The notes under the pieces: generated by a model
Databases searched by the model: none
What the model was told of the DNA's origin: nothing
What the model saw: the letters and a program-made list of their open reading frames with translations, nothing else
In this document: positions 30,867 to 45,663 of the stretch, in pieces
How positions within the stretch are numbered: position 1 is the stretch's first letter
How the letters are laid out: every line of letters starts with the position of its first letter
Made by a program: the position numbers and the translations under genes
DNA from: Eledone cirrhosa
Taxonomy: Eukaryota
Direction: 5' to 3'
Length of the DNA stretch: 64,000 nucleotides
NCBI GenBank assembly: GCA_964016885.1
Contig: OZ024740.1
Location: 55,242,001 to 55,306,000, forward strand

Positions 30867-30870
<4 letters not shown>
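30636..30870. repeat. Fold-back element with nested internal hairpins, no recognisable ribozyme core
   Basis: ~110-bp inverted arms, apex ~30751-30762, TA flank. Confidence 0.8.
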
Positions 30871-30953
<83 letters not shown>

Positions 30954-31754
30954 TACGGACTGTATTGTTCAGTGTGTCTCTCAACATAACACAGGAGAGT
31001 GTGTGATATGATGAATATTTAGTTGATATTTCCACACTACATTTCGGCTCACTCAGAAGATAGAAATTTATTGTTTAGCCCTCAGCTTTCCGCTGGTCTT
31101 GAAGACACACCTCAATTTGGTCAGGAATTTATAAAAGTATAAAATAAATATCTCATGTTTATTAGCTGCACAACTGAACTGATAGAATAGATCTATGATT
31201 AAATGTAATTCAGCCTCAGCCAGCCCGTCTTTTGTCTGAACGTTGAAAACCCAAAAGTAATTTTCGGGTTTGAATTACGTATTTTCATGGTATGAAATAA
31301 AATTATATCATCGTTAATGCTACGCCCCATTTTCTTCGAAATCAATAAAGTACAGTACCAGCAACATTCTGGTGTCCATATAATATAATGTAATCTAGCA
31401 ATATGTCATTTCTTTGGCCTGTATTAAAAAAAACTCATTTATTAGAAACTTTATTGCAAATATTTCATAAAAGACATTGTGTAATATTTACAATGGACTA
31501 AATAGATTACATGATCATTATGAAAAATGATTCAATACATAATCTAAAATTCTAAAAACTTTGTCAACGAAACTTACTAAGGTTTGCGGATATGACTGCG
31601 AATGTATTATGATATGATTATGTTAGTTAATATATATGCATACATCTGTAATATATTCCCCTACTAAACGCCCATATGTTTCCCCACCGTAATATTTTTG
31701 TCCCGTGCCTTCCGCTTCTTCCACTCCCGTATATTTCTATTTATTCTACCTCTC

Positions 31755-31802
31755 AAACTATTTCTGATAAAGGACTAACGTCCTGAACGTTGAGAATAGT
31801 TT
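31755..31802 (+). ncRNA. Degenerate Penelope-type hammerhead motif
   Basis: aaactattt-CTGATAA-aggac(taac)gtcct-GAA-cgtt-gagaatagttt. Confidence 0.5.
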
Positions 31803-31894
31803 CCTATAATACCAAGCGTAAAAATATACATCATTTTTACTGTATGGTTCTTCTATGCTGTGATTCCTCTTTACCAATCACACACACACACATT

Positions 31895-31933
<39 letters not shown>

Positions 31934-32050
31934 TTACATATATATATATATACATATATATACATATATATATATGTTTATATACATGTATGTATATATA
32001 TATATATGTGTGTGTGTACACATACGTACATACATACATACATACATACA

Positions 32051-32086
<36 letters not shown>

Positions 32087-32256
32087 GATTTAATAAAAGA
32101 AAGATTTATAGATGTTCTAACGTATGCCACAAATTGCCCCGTAGCTAAATGTTCAGATTTTACATTCATAAAGCTTACATTTTATTGTTTGTAGACCAAA
32201 TCTCCCTTTGAAATGTAACTCGCAGCTTTTTGAGGTTTTAATCTAAATTAACAATA

Positions 32257-32366
<110 letters not shown>

Positions 32367-32567
32367 AATGAAGTGATTCAGTCGGAAAGGTCCATGAAAA
32401 AAGAGTGCTCTATGTAGGTTACAGAGCTTAATAGTTATGTAATAAACAACATAAGGCAATTATTTCATTTACTAGTGGTTTCTTGAAAGCAAACAAATTG
32501 TAAATGAAATAATTGCCTTATGTTTTTTATTACATAAATATATATATATACATGGGGTGATGTTTAT

Positions 32568-32678
<111 letters not shown>

Positions 32679-32828
32679 GAGGAGGTTATATTTAATTTGT
32701 TGGGATACAACAAGCAAAATATTTTTATAACTGATATAAAGCACTCAACAAATGCACGAGATTCCAACCAGAATGGTTGCATTTTTTAAGGGTATGTCAA
32801 TATTTATTTATAAAACTAACCTATATTA

Positions 32829-32894
32829 TATTTTATCTGATGAAAGCGCACCATAATTTGCTCAGGTGGACCTTGAAATATGTATAATGAAATA
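32829..32894 (+). ncRNA. Minimal type I hammerhead ribozyme
   Basis: tattttat-CTGATGA-aag..cacc/ggtg..ctt-GAAA-tatgta-TA-atgaaata. Confidence 0.75.
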
Positions 32895-33127
32895 AATATG
32901 CTTTTATGAATATAGTTTCCATTTGTTAATATATTGTATATATACATATATATATATATAGTTATAAATATATATATATATATATAGTTATAAATATACC
33001 TATATACATACACAAACATATCTATCCATATATATATATATAAAAAGAGTCAAGACCCCGACGGCTGAGCTCCGGCCATTTCGACAGCTAGAACCGAAAT
33101 GATATATATATATATATATATATATAT

Positions 33128-33348
33128 AAATTGAGGTTGGTAATGGCACATGGAATATATAAGAGACAGAATACTTTTAATTTTTCTTAATATTAATCAA
33201 CATTTGAAAAGATGGCTTTTGCAGACCCATCGAAACCGGTCATTTTTTATACCCTTTATTAATTCCTTACCTTATAAAATTATAGGTTTTTTCACAAAAA
33301 AGTATTCTGTCTCTTATATATTCCATGTGCCATTACCAACCTCAATTT
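33128..33348. mobile_element. Fold-back element (arms 33128-33178 / 33297-33348) with a U3-A8 hammerhead variant at 33204-33241
   Basis: TTGAAAA-gatgg..ccatc-GAAA-ccgg-TC; stem I is poor. Confidence 0.7.
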
Positions 33349-33455
33349 TCTCTATAACCTTCGTTTTGTGTAGTAAATTACACTTTTCATGTATGTATAT
33401 ATATATATATATATATATGGATAGATATGTTTGTGTATGTATATAGGTATATTTA

Positions 33456-33504
<49 letters not shown>

Positions 33505-34160
33505 AAGAGAGAGAGAAATAAATCAGAGTTGAGTATGTGGAAAAGAATCAGAAATATCCATAGGAAGTTACTTGGTGTATCTAAATCTAATTGTAATTTT
33601 TAGTGTTAATGCATAGATCTACACATGTGTATATGCGTGTGTGTGGCATTTTTGTTTGTTTCTTACACACACATGGTTAGAAACGCACCACCCGTATACT
33701 ATCTTAAGCCCATCATATAAGTAATATGTGCTTTGCTGTAGTGCTTCTACAAATTAGCCAGTAAGGGGCCATTCGATCAATTAAACGTGTTCCCTGGACA
33801 ATTAGGATAAATAAATAAAAATATAAATGTATTAAAAAATAATGAATGAGGAAGCAGCAAGCAAAAGAGATTGAGGGAGAGTGCAGCTTAAGTGTTGTCA
33901 AGACCATAGCGGGAGATCTAACAGTCATCCATCCTTTTGCTACTTGGACGCCATCATCATGTGCCAGCTCATTGCGCGTTGCCCCAAGCATTCATTCACA
34001 AGGCCATATCCAGCCGAAGAAACCCAGAAAGGGAATCCATGGTGTTTTATGCATCTTCTTCTAGTTCTCGTGTATAGTTCTTGTTGTTCTAGATAGGGCA
34101 TAGATATACAAGAGACGCCTTGTCGTTTCATAATATTGGTGTGCATCTAATGAGGAAAAT

Positions 34161-34196
34161 ATGCCGGCAGCCTACGGATATCTAGTTCACGAAATG
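34161..34196 (+). CDS. Candidate short first coding exon of TFAP2 (MPAAYGYLVHEM)
   Basis: aaatATG start, 12 codons, then ATG|gtcagc donor in phase 0, matching the downstream exon. Lies in a non-repetitive island (33700-34250). Loosely recalls the vertebrate alternative first exon MLVHSFSAM|DR. The donor is only a moderate match. Confidence 0.4.
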
Positions 34197-34282
34197 GTCA
34201 GCTAATCAAACTTTTCCTGTTATCGTTGTCTATGTTCTGTCTACCCAGTATGTATGAATGTACAGTGTGTTTTCATATATAG

Positions 34283-34356
<74 letters not shown>

Positions 34357-34458
34357 TATATATGACTGTGTCTTTGTATATATATATGTGTGTGTATGTA
34401 TATATATATTTATATATATATTTATTTATATATATATATATATATCTTTATTTATATA

Positions 34459-34550
<92 letters not shown>

Positions 34551-34673
34551 CGTATATATATATATAATATATACATATATATGACTGTGTCTTTGTATAT
34601 ATATATGTGTGTGTATGTATATATATATATATCTTTATTTATATATATATATATATATATCTTTATTTATATA

Positions 34674-34715
<42 letters not shown>

Positions 34716-34873
34716 GATATATATACATATACATAAATATGTATATATATATTTGAATATTACCGAATAAAACCATCTGGTGGTATGGCCCCAGCATGGA
34801 CCCAGGTCCAGTGACTGGTGCAAATACGGAATTATATATATATGTACATATATATATATATATATATATATAC

Positions 34874-34917
<44 letters not shown>

Positions 34918-34945
34918 TTATATATATATATATATATATATGTAC

Positions 34946-34995
<50 letters not shown>

Positions 34996-35202
34996 TTTAG
35001 TCAGTAATATTAAAACAATTAAATGTAACTAATTCATTAGAGTTTCATATGTAATTTGAGTGATATTAATTTAGCCAAGAGGTATATGTTTCTATTGCCA
35101 TAGTAGTAAATACATACAGGGCATAGACTGACACGCGAGCGAACACAACACACATGTATAGACAGGTATACACATATATGTATAAATATATTAATATACA
35201 AG

Positions 35203-35234
<32 letters not shown>

Positions 35235-35246
35235 TGTGTATATGTA

Positions 35247-35315
<69 letters not shown>

Positions 35316-35317
<2 letters not shown>

Positions 35318-35671
35318 CGTAGGAGTTGTGGTAAGGAACCTGATGGACCATAACGCACCAGAGTACTCAATACTTAGGGTAGTAGAGTGGGTAATAGGAG
35401 AAAATATGACCCCGACGGCAGACCTCAAGGGGTCATACTTTCTCCTATATATATATATATTTGTTTGTGTATATGTATATATGTATATATATATATATAA
35501 CGGAGGAGTTGTGGTAAGGAACCAGATGGACCATAACGCACCAGAGTACTCAATACTTAGGGTAGTAGAGTGGGTAATAGGAGAAAGTATGACCCCGACG
35601 GCAGAGCTCAAGACGTTTCGACGGCTATTTCTGGACTAAAGTGGACTTTAGTCGTCGGGGTCATGCTTTCT

Positions 35672-35675
<4 letters not shown>
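35316..35675. mobile_element. Two adjacent 28211-family elements (35316-35446 and 35499-35675) duplicated together with their flank
   Basis: Both are preceded by the same tttgtttgtgtatatg flank (35229, 35460). Confidence 0.8.
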
Positions 35676-35717
<42 letters not shown>

Positions 35718-35764
35718 TGTGTGTGTGACTGTGTGTGTGGATATATATATATATAGAGAGAGAG

Positions 35765-35839
<75 letters not shown>

Positions 35840-36239
35840 CGAATTGATGCAGGTTATGATGCTTCTCAGAATTACTCAAGGATGATATTCGGATATGAAA
35901 TCTGGCACGGATTACATATATGCATACATACATATTATTTTTTATACATACAAAACCAATGTGTATGTGTGTATACATATATATACATATATATATATAA
36001 GCGTATGTGTACTTTCTATTTGGGATCTCTGATTTAACCACGTGTTCTATGATATACACAGACCTTTGTAATATATTAATAATCATACACATCTTCAGAC
36101 ATAAACACATGCATCACACGTATACACACACACACACACACGCTCGCACGTACATACATGCATTTGTGTCTCTAAACTTACGTATATTTTTGTATATAGA
36201 CATACGAGCGCACATATGCACAAACACACACATACACTC

Positions 36240-36332
<93 letters not shown>

Positions 36333-36365
36333 TTTACATGTATATAAATAATATATATATATATG

Positions 36366-36442
<77 letters not shown>

Positions 36443-37028
36443 TTTGTTTCTTTCTATACATCGGTAGAAACATATGTAAACAAACTATAGGAACTAATAT
36501 AATAGTTTAACATATAGGTAACACTCGAAAAAATAAATATATAGGTCTTTCTTCAACTACAAGAGACTGATTTTTCACCTGGAAAATAAAATTTCTTGCC
36601 GTATGAACAAATTTAATTTTATATTTCTACCTTCTTGTCATGTTATATTATATCAATTTCATTTACTTAATTAAATCATCATATTGTTCTAATTGTGTAC
36701 ATATTATTTAATTATATTTAATGAAATATTAATAATTAATTATTTTGTTCCTTGTATATTATAAATATTTATAATAATTGAAACAAAAAGCACATTTATT
36801 AATGATCTTTTTTCTCTTTTTTCTCTTTTTCTCTATGTCCCGTCTCTCCCTGGGTCATTGACCAACGTCTCCACATTCCCTAACATTTACATACATTTCC
36901 CCTCTTTTCTTCACATGACACACATACATAAACACACACATGCACACACACACACACACACATTTTCTTTCTCTTTCTCCCTCTCTCCCTTCCTGACTTT
37001 TTTGCCCTTCTTTGTACCTGTTTCCTAG

Positions 37029-37511
37029 GACCGCCGGGACTTGGTCAGCACACACGGTGGACTTGGACAGCTGGTAACTTCAGTTGGAACGTCGGGGTCT
37101 TTCAGTTCGGCCCCAAGACTTTCCCATACACCAACCACGGATTTTCAACCACCATATTTTCCCCCTCCGTACAATTTGCCACCCCAACAGCCGGTGGACT
37201 TTCATCATCCACATGTCCAAACAGATCCTTACACACATTTAAATAGCTTCCACCAAGGGGCACAGCAACATTACCACCAACTGCATCCACCCGAGCGCAA
37301 TGTCTTGCGGCACAGGGAAGATGCATTACACAACATGTCCTCCGCCTTGCCGGCTGCTTACGAATCAAGACGAACTGACTATAGCGGAGTGAGGCGTCCT
37401 GAGGTTCTGATGCACGGAGGGCATCATGGGCTAGGCATAACAGAACAGGATCCTTCACTACTTCCATTACACGCCGGAGGGACCATATCAGGACTGGAAG
37501 ATGGACCACAG
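37029..37511 (+). CDS. TFAP2: Internal coding exon (equivalent to vertebrate exon 2, transactivation/PY domain) of an AP-2 family transcription factor
   Basis: Translates DRRDLVSTHGG...SAPRLSHTPTTDFQPPYFPPPY...RRPEVL...LEDGPQ. SHTP..DFQPPYFPPPY and RRP.VL are AP-2 N-terminal hallmarks. Pyrimidine tract plus tttcctag acceptor ending 37028, cag|gtaaat donor at 37511/37512; 483 nt, phase 0/0, starting with DR as vertebrate exon 2 does. Confidence 0.95.
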
Positions 37512-37818
37512 GTAAATCATTAACTCTAACTTCCAAACGTAAAGAAAATTTAAAAAGAATGATTAAAACAAATGAAAAAGCAACATACATGCGTATGTGA
37601 GTATGCGTGAATGGGTGTGTGTGTGTGTTTATTTATGGGGTGTATGTAAGTGTGTGGGTCGTGTGTTTTGATATCTTTATTTATGTGTATACTTTAAAAT
37701 TATGTTAACCTGAATGAACTGTATAATATTTATGAATATGATTTGCTGACGTCATCATATACAATATGCATACATACTTACACCTCTCCTTCACGTACGT
37801 ACATACATACATATATAC

Positions 37819-37864
<46 letters not shown>

Positions 37865-38053
37865 GGCGGTGGATTGGCAGTATCAGTAGAGGGTCGGACA
37901 CCATGCTTTCCAGCATAGTTACGTCCCTTTACGATCTGAGTTCAAATCCCGCCGAGGTTGACTTTGCCTTTCATCCTTACGGGGTCGTTAACATAAAGTA
38001 CCAGTAATGCACTGGATAATTGCTGGCCTTGTGCCTAAAGTAGAAACAATTAT
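37865..38053 (+). mobile_element. Full-length SINE
   Basis: ggcggtggattggcagtatc...gagttcaaatcccgccgagg...gtagaaacaatt (B box gttcaaatcc). Confidence 0.9.
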
Positions 38054-38180
38054 TTCTGGGAATATTATTACAACAATATGAACCTCCATAAGTATAACAA
38101 TATTTGTTTCAATACACGATTTCATATCAAAAACCTTGCAAAACATGTATATATATATATATCATGTTTAATATACAAAT

Positions 38181-38358
38181 GGCTTCTACAGGATTAGGAC
38201 TGTTTCATTAAAAATAAATCATCAAGCTTTCTTGATGAGCTATTTTGAATGAAACAGTTCTTGTACTGTAGAAGTCAAATCTATACTGAACATTATATTT
38301 ACACACTCTACTAAAATGTGGTTATGGTTATCCCCGTTTGAACCAGAGACTCGTATAG
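38181..38358. mobile_element. Diverged fold-back element, 21938 family
   Basis: cttctacagg..ctgtttcatt...tcatcaag/cttgatga...aatgaaacagtt..ctgtagaag plus tail. Confidence 0.7.
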
Positions 38359-38360
38359 TT

Positions 38361-38416
<56 letters not shown>

Positions 38417-38417
38417 A

Positions 38418-38517
<100 letters not shown>

Positions 38518-38558
38518 TCAAATTTATTATTATTACTATGTGTGTTTGTCTGTGTATG

Positions 38559-38596
<38 letters not shown>

Positions 38597-38630
38597 TATA
38601 TATATATATATGAATATATATATATATATA

Positions 38631-38687
<57 letters not shown>

Positions 38688-39046
38688 TCACACAAATATA
38701 TATATACGTGTATATATATGAATCAGCTTGTGAAGGAAGTTGTGTGTGCGCGTGAACTTGTGGATGTGTGTTCAGTATATATATTTACATAGATGGGAAT
38801 TAGAATATCTAAATTGTTAAGAGGAAAACAACATAAAATCAAGTTCACACATATTATTTGAGGTGTCAGAAGTATAATATTTCCTGGAATAGATCAATAA
38901 ACATATCTATATATAAGGCATTCATAAAGACAAATACACATAGACACAGGCGCATTAACACATATTTAAATTTAATACATATATCTGAATAACTATTTAC
39001 ATATAAATATTTGGATATATACACACACACCGATACACGTATATAT

Positions 39047-39171
<125 letters not shown>

Positions 39172-39264
39172 CATATATATATATACATATGTACAGATAT
39201 ATATACATAAATATATGTGTATATATATATATGTATATATATATTTACATATATATATATATAA

Positions 39265-39332
<68 letters not shown>

Positions 39333-39340
39333 CCACACAT

Positions 39341-39377
<37 letters not shown>

Positions 39378-39643
39378 GCCACACATATATATATATATAG
39401 TCAAATATACACACACCCATATCTATAGCAACACACACACACACAAAGACAGCTAGATAGATCGATATAGATATAGATATATATATAATGTCTCCAGACA
39501 AATCTAGTTCTTTCAAGAAAACTCTTGGAAATAAAATTATGAATTTCATTTTCCTCTTATTTAGTTTTCTATTCGCATAGCAAATTCATGAACTCATATA
39601 ACTTCTCACATTCTCATCAAAATACTTTCTCTCTGTCTCACTC

Positions 39644-39723
<80 letters not shown>

Positions 39724-39749
39724 TATATATATATATAATATATATATTA

Positions 39750-39780
<31 letters not shown>

Positions 39781-39832
39781 GTATATATATATATATTTCT
39801 ATATATATACATATTTATATATATATATATAT

Positions 39833-39888
<56 letters not shown>

Positions 39889-40044
39889 ATATATATACAT
39901 ATTTATATATATATTGTATATATATATATATATATATGTATATACATATATATATATGGATATACATATATATATATACACAATATATATACAATCAAAT
40001 CCACAGACACACGTACTCACACACAAACTCACACACACACACAC

Positions 40045-40139
<95 letters not shown>

Positions 40140-40607
40140 TTTGTATATGAATATACATTATGCATATTTCTATCAATTTCTATATAATTCTGATTCTCTA
40201 TCTTTTCTACCTATCACTCTCCCCCTCTCTCTCCCTCCTCCTCTCCCTATCCCTCTCTTTGCCTTCTTACTCCCACAATACCACTTTCATTACCATTTTC
40301 TTGTTTTAAAAGCTAAAAATCCTTTGCTTTAGATATAACATCTAAAATAGATGTCACAGTTTTTCTTGACAGCAAAATAGCCTTTGTGATTTTAGTGTAT
40401 ATAATATGACAATGGAATGTTTCTAGGCGACATTCTTATATGTAAGCAGGTGACATTAGAAGTGAATGACGTGCATGTATGTGTGTGTCTGTGTACAGAT
40501 CTGTGTTTTAAAGCTGAAACTGCTAACACTATTATAATTCTGTATAAGGCAACGAAGAAAGGTGTATATTCTAGGTTTGTGTATGTGTATGTGTTTCTGT
40601 CAGATAG

Positions 40608-40664
<57 letters not shown>

Positions 40665-41111
40665 GAGAGAGTCTGTGTGAGAGAGAGATAGAGAGAGAGA
40701 GTGAAAGAGAGTGAGAGAAAGAGTGAGAGAGAGAGAGAGTTGGTGTGTATGCAATCCTCATATGATTATTTCTTTAAAATACACTCGAAGGGGGACATAC
40801 AAGATATTACACAAACACAGACACAGACACACACATATATATTTAAACCTGTTAGTTTTTTCGTTACTTTGGTATTGTGTGTTAGGTTTTGCCTACCATA
40901 ATATTCAATTTGTCAAGCTATTTAAGCGTATGTTATTACTCTAAGGACCTACCCTTATTGAGTGCTTTGCTAACACATTCCTATTGTAGGTCGACTTTGC
41001 TTGCCCACAGCCAAAGCTTCGATTTTACTAAGCTTCCACTTGTATATATATATATATGTATATTTATGCGCGTGTGTGTATATATATATATATACACACA
41101 CACACACTCAT

Positions 41112-41207
<96 letters not shown>

Positions 41208-41269
41208 GCGTCCGTGTATGTGTGAGTGTTTGTATGCATGTAAAATATACATACATATATACATAAATA

Positions 41270-41450
41270 TAATTGTTTCTACGTTTTGGCACAAGGCCAG
41301 CAATTACCCAGTGCATTACTGGTACTTTATTTTATCGACCCCGTAAGGATGAAAGCAAAGTTAACCTTGGCGGGATTTGAACTGAGAATGGCAAGGGCCG
41401 TAACTCTATACGTCAAAGCATGGCGTCCGACCCTCTACCGATACTGCCAA
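41270..41450 (-). mobile_element. Full-length SINE
   Basis: Reverse complement of the 37865 family. Confidence 0.9.
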
Positions 41451-42038
41451 TGATTAGCCAAAAGGAGAACAGATGCTCGACTCTGAGTATACCTTTAGAT
41501 TTATACCTGTTATAATTGTGGTTTTTGATATGGTACTAACCACTTCGGTATAAATATTGAGAAGCTAGTTTTAACAGACTCAGAAAGAGCATGGTTTTTA
41601 AGATGTTGCGAGTACTCTCCATGAATTGAACTGTAAAATAATAGGAATCAATTCAAAATTTCAGCATCTAATACCTTCTCATACACACCTATATCTGTAT
41701 ACATAGAAAAAATTGCACCTGCCCACATATAAGTCAAAAGATAGAGATCTACACAATCATCCATAGCTGCAGAAACACACACACACACGCACACACACAC
41801 ACATACACACACACACATACACACACACACACATACACATGCATATATAATTAGGTAATGTTGTCTAACTTCCAATGAAAGAGCCTTGATTCTATGTTAG
41901 AAACTGGGTCTTTCTCTATTGGTAAAAAATAAAAAAAAATAATAAAACCAGAAATTCATACATACATACATACTTATTTCCACACATATACATAGACACA
42001 CATATATACGAACGAACACATATACATACATACATACA

Positions 42039-42072
<34 letters not shown>

Positions 42073-42224
42073 CATATGGACATATTTGTAGCCATATGCA
42101 ATTGAAAAAAATCAATATTCACTAGAAAGTAAGTTATATTATTTCATCTTCACAAGTTTCTCTCTAAAATTTTTTTCTCGCAAAGACGGTTCATAGGAAA
42201 AGAATTATATATTCATGTATAACC

Positions 42225-42475
42225 TAGAGGCTCATCAGGACTGAACCTATCCTGTTCTCATGAGTTCTTATACAAGCATGAGTAGAAGGGCCCCCAGTCA
42301 ATTGCAAAATTGCTTTTTTATCTGCTACTGGCATGGATTTTCTAGCTGGATTGCTTGTAACTACGTACAATGCAGTAATATCCTCAGGGATATATCCTGT
42401 CCCCCAATCAGGCGATTAACCCCCATGGCATTACGCTGCTCACCTCAAGCACATTAACCAGTGGGCCACTCTCCT
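42225..42475 (-). mobile_element. Diverged tRNA-derived SINE
   Basis: Minus head ggagagtggcccactggttaa with a degenerate B box. Confidence 0.45.
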
Positions 42476-42594
42476 TTACACAAAGAAACGCAGGCACATA
42501 TGTATATGTATAGTTAATAAATGAAACAAAACAAAACACAGACTGCAAAATTACACAGTTATGTTAAGTTCACGTTTGGAGGAAGTGGAGGAGG

Positions 42595-42631
42595 TTTCAA
42601 CGTCTCGGACAGATGTCTTTCTTCAGGAAAT
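42595..42631 (-). ncRNA. Degenerate Penelope-type hammerhead motif
   Basis: Minus strand tttc-CTGAAGA-aagac(atct)gtcc-GAGA-cgtt-gaaa. Confidence 0.5.
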
Positions 42632-42699
42632 GTTGGATAAGGAGAGAACAGATAGGCGTATAAATAGTGTGAGAAGGTTATGAAAGCAAGTTAAATATA

Positions 42700-43460
42700 A
42701 ATATATATTATTGTCATAAAGTCAAGCTATTTATTAGTTTATTATTAATATTACTTTTTTTTCATACGCTAAAATTACGTAAATTTTATTTACATTAAAA
42801 ATAATAATAATAATAATAATGGCAGCTATAATAACGGCAATAAAAACAAAGAAAGGGAAATAAAGAAAATAAGAATAGGGAAACGTAGAGAAATAAGAAA
42901 AAAGAAAGAAGAAAAAGAACGGGAAAAGGGGGGGGGGGATGGCTAGAGCTCTGGTGTCACAGCAAAGCGGGGAGGGGTGAAAGGTAGGGTGAAGGACTTC
43001 GGGCCTAGGACAAGGAGTCAGAAGTGCTACGCCCCGTGGACAAGACCGCAAAAGTATTCTCGCGGATGATGGCCAGTGACACCCGTTGCAATAGCCACCC
43101 AACGTCGCGGAGCTCCTTCCTCAGACGGGCCACCGAAGTGCCTATCTTGCGGAGGAGCTCGGCCGTAAGGGGTCCAAGTACGCCGGAGGTCTCGACAGCG
43201 ACCAGTGAGAAGAAGATGCGGCCGGGCAATCCCCGATATTTGTTTATTTTTCGTTCTTCTGCGAGGCGGGCCGCGATGCCAGGGTTTGTGGTCGAAGCGA
43301 CTATGTTGGAAGCTGAGAACGTATCACAGAATGTGGCCTTCCCGATTAGGGATCTAACTCCTTCCAATGGAAAGAAGGTGATTCCGTCGGGGCGCTTGCC
43401 ATCTCCGCGATCTAGGCTTGCTGACTCCAGTTGAGATGTAAAGCCAGCTGCCTCCAGGCT
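42700..43460 (-). mobile_element. 5'-truncated CRE-like RLE retrotransposon (coding 43005-43460, then 3' UTR)
   Basis: R.DGKRPDG...T.CDTF.ASN...AA.LAEERK..KY...AVETSGVLG...QRVSLAI.R.N; same clade as 3318-3566. Confidence 0.85.
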
Positions 43461-43494
43461 CATTTTGTCTAAGCCTAAATTAGGATGTGTCAAT

Positions 43495-44330
43495 TAAAAT
43501 ATGTATTCCGCAGTTCGTGGAGGAAATTGGAATATGTAAACAGGAAACCATTCTAGGTGGTACCAAAAGCAGCCTCTATTTTCTCTTTGGGGGACGATCA
43601 AGTCATGTATATTACAGATAATTCTCAAAAGACCTTGGTCTGCCAATGCTAAAAGTGGGGCTTTTCCTGTTCGGGATAATATCTGCAGGCATGGCCGTGT
43701 TTGGGCTGCTAGCATTCGATGATATTGAACATTCGTAGTTGGAGGAATCTTTCTTGGACGCATTGTTCACTGAAGGGAATTCCAAATTTCTGGCAATCAC
43801 CTGAATCTATCCTCCCACTGTCTGACTTTTTCAAGGAAAAGTGAGTACTTTCCTCTTGTAGTTATAATGAAGGAAGTTGTAGGAATAGTGAATGGGTTGC
43901 TGCCCTCCTATATGTTTTATGAAATGAAGGCGTTGTGCACTCGGTCTACATAAAATATATTGAGGTAAGGTGGCAGCAAGAATTAAGAGAATTAGTTTGT
44001 ATTTGTGTCAGGGTGATATATGATTGCGTGTAGGGTATCCCGAATCAAATTTCATGTGTAAACACCATATAAATATGGCTGGATGGTTACGGCTTAAATC
44101 TTTTGATAGTTGGTGCTCTCAATGGGCATTACCCTGGCGGCAAACTCTTGAAACTACAGATTATTTCTCTTCATCGTAGTACTTATTATTAACACTCTCA
44201 AGTTCTTCTACTCATCAAATATTAAACGTTGAAACATCTCTTCAGGTTTCTTGTTAATAATTAGCCTAGGGCCCTCCACCGTTTGGGCCTCAGCGTCATG
44301 AATATAACCTGCTAAATGCAACAGTAAAAA
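43495..44330 (-). pseudogene. Highly decayed Penelope-like RT / GIY-YIG remnant
   Basis: With stops and frameshifts: ..EALG*LL..; TMKRNNL*F..G.A; TLHAIIYHPDTNT..NSCCH (thumb-like Y.KPT..S.HP); C*QPK..C; VIYMT. Motif order fits a PLE. Confidence 0.45.
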
Positions 44331-45307
44331 AAACCCATCTTCAAACCATACAGTACCCACATATAAAAAGAAGTGAACAGATGCACAGGATCATTAGATA
44401 CATCATATCTAAAATATATATATATGAAGACAAAATTATCATGGCTAGAACCACTTTTATTATCACAAGACTCGATCAGCCCCCCCCCCCCCCCCCGAAC
44501 CCCAATAAAAATAAAAATTCAACAACAACTACTACTACTACTACTACTACTAACTATCCCATGTTTCAAATCTCCTTGTCTTTACTTCATTGGCCCTAAC
44601 CGTTTCTTTTTTCTATCACGTTTCAGTTATTCAGAGGTTTCATTTTCTTCACTGTCTTCCCGTCTTTCCGTTAGTTATGGCCAGACAGAAACATTCTGCT
44701 TCCCCTTCCATCGTTCCCTCAATCTTACTTTCTGCTCCTACATCTCTGGCGCTAACCACTCCTCCTTCACCCATCTCCTTCCTCATGCAATTTACTTCTT
44801 CGTCTTTGCTCTCATCGAACCGACAGATATCCAACACCACTACAGCCCATCTCCATCACCACTGCCCGCCAACACCACCACCACATATCTTATATACGAA
44901 TTGTTCCCACCTTCAATGTGATTTTATTGAAACTAGCATTTTAGCGTCAACTTTTGCAATATACCCAATTTTCTTTTAACCTTTTTTACCCCCCTTTTTG
45001 TAGCTACACAGATCCGTCTACATGATTATAACATCCCGATTGTAAAATGTGATTATCTTCATATTTCATTCGCTGTCAATTACTATCGAATTTATCTGGC
45101 CTATGACGCTATCTCTAAGAATTATTTTGATTGGTTCGGATAGTGGTGCGTAATAGGATATCTTGGTAAATGCATGGCCGGAACTGAAATTACAACGATA
45201 TGCACGGCTACAGTTAATTACACACTCATACATGGATACATAGACGCATGGATGTATACACAAATGTATATACTTACACACACACAGATATATGTATATA
45301 CATACAT

Positions 45308-45375
<68 letters not shown>

Positions 45376-45592
45376 GAAAGAGACTGTGTGTGTATGTGTG
45401 TGTGCATGTATATATACATATACCACATGCATACACACAGAGAAAGATTTATGTATGTAAGTATATTGCACATATGTGTGTTTGTGTGTGTGTTTATACA
45501 CACACACAAACACATATATCTGGGTGTGTATGTATATACACACATGAGGGCGTCTGTGTGAGTGTGTGTGTGTGTGTGTGTAGGTGTGTGTG

Positions 45593-45663
<71 letters not shown>

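Noticed and set aside
34347-34680. Duplicated microsatellite block
   Set aside because: Ordinary slippage or assembly duplication of low-complexity DNA.
37102-37590. 162-aa minus-strand ORF
   Set aside because: Antisense shadow of the TFAP2 exon.
40427-40441. Possible 15-nt microexon (tag|GCGACATTCTTATAT|gtaagc)
   Set aside because: Weak pyrimidine tract and no AP-2 similarity; likely chance.
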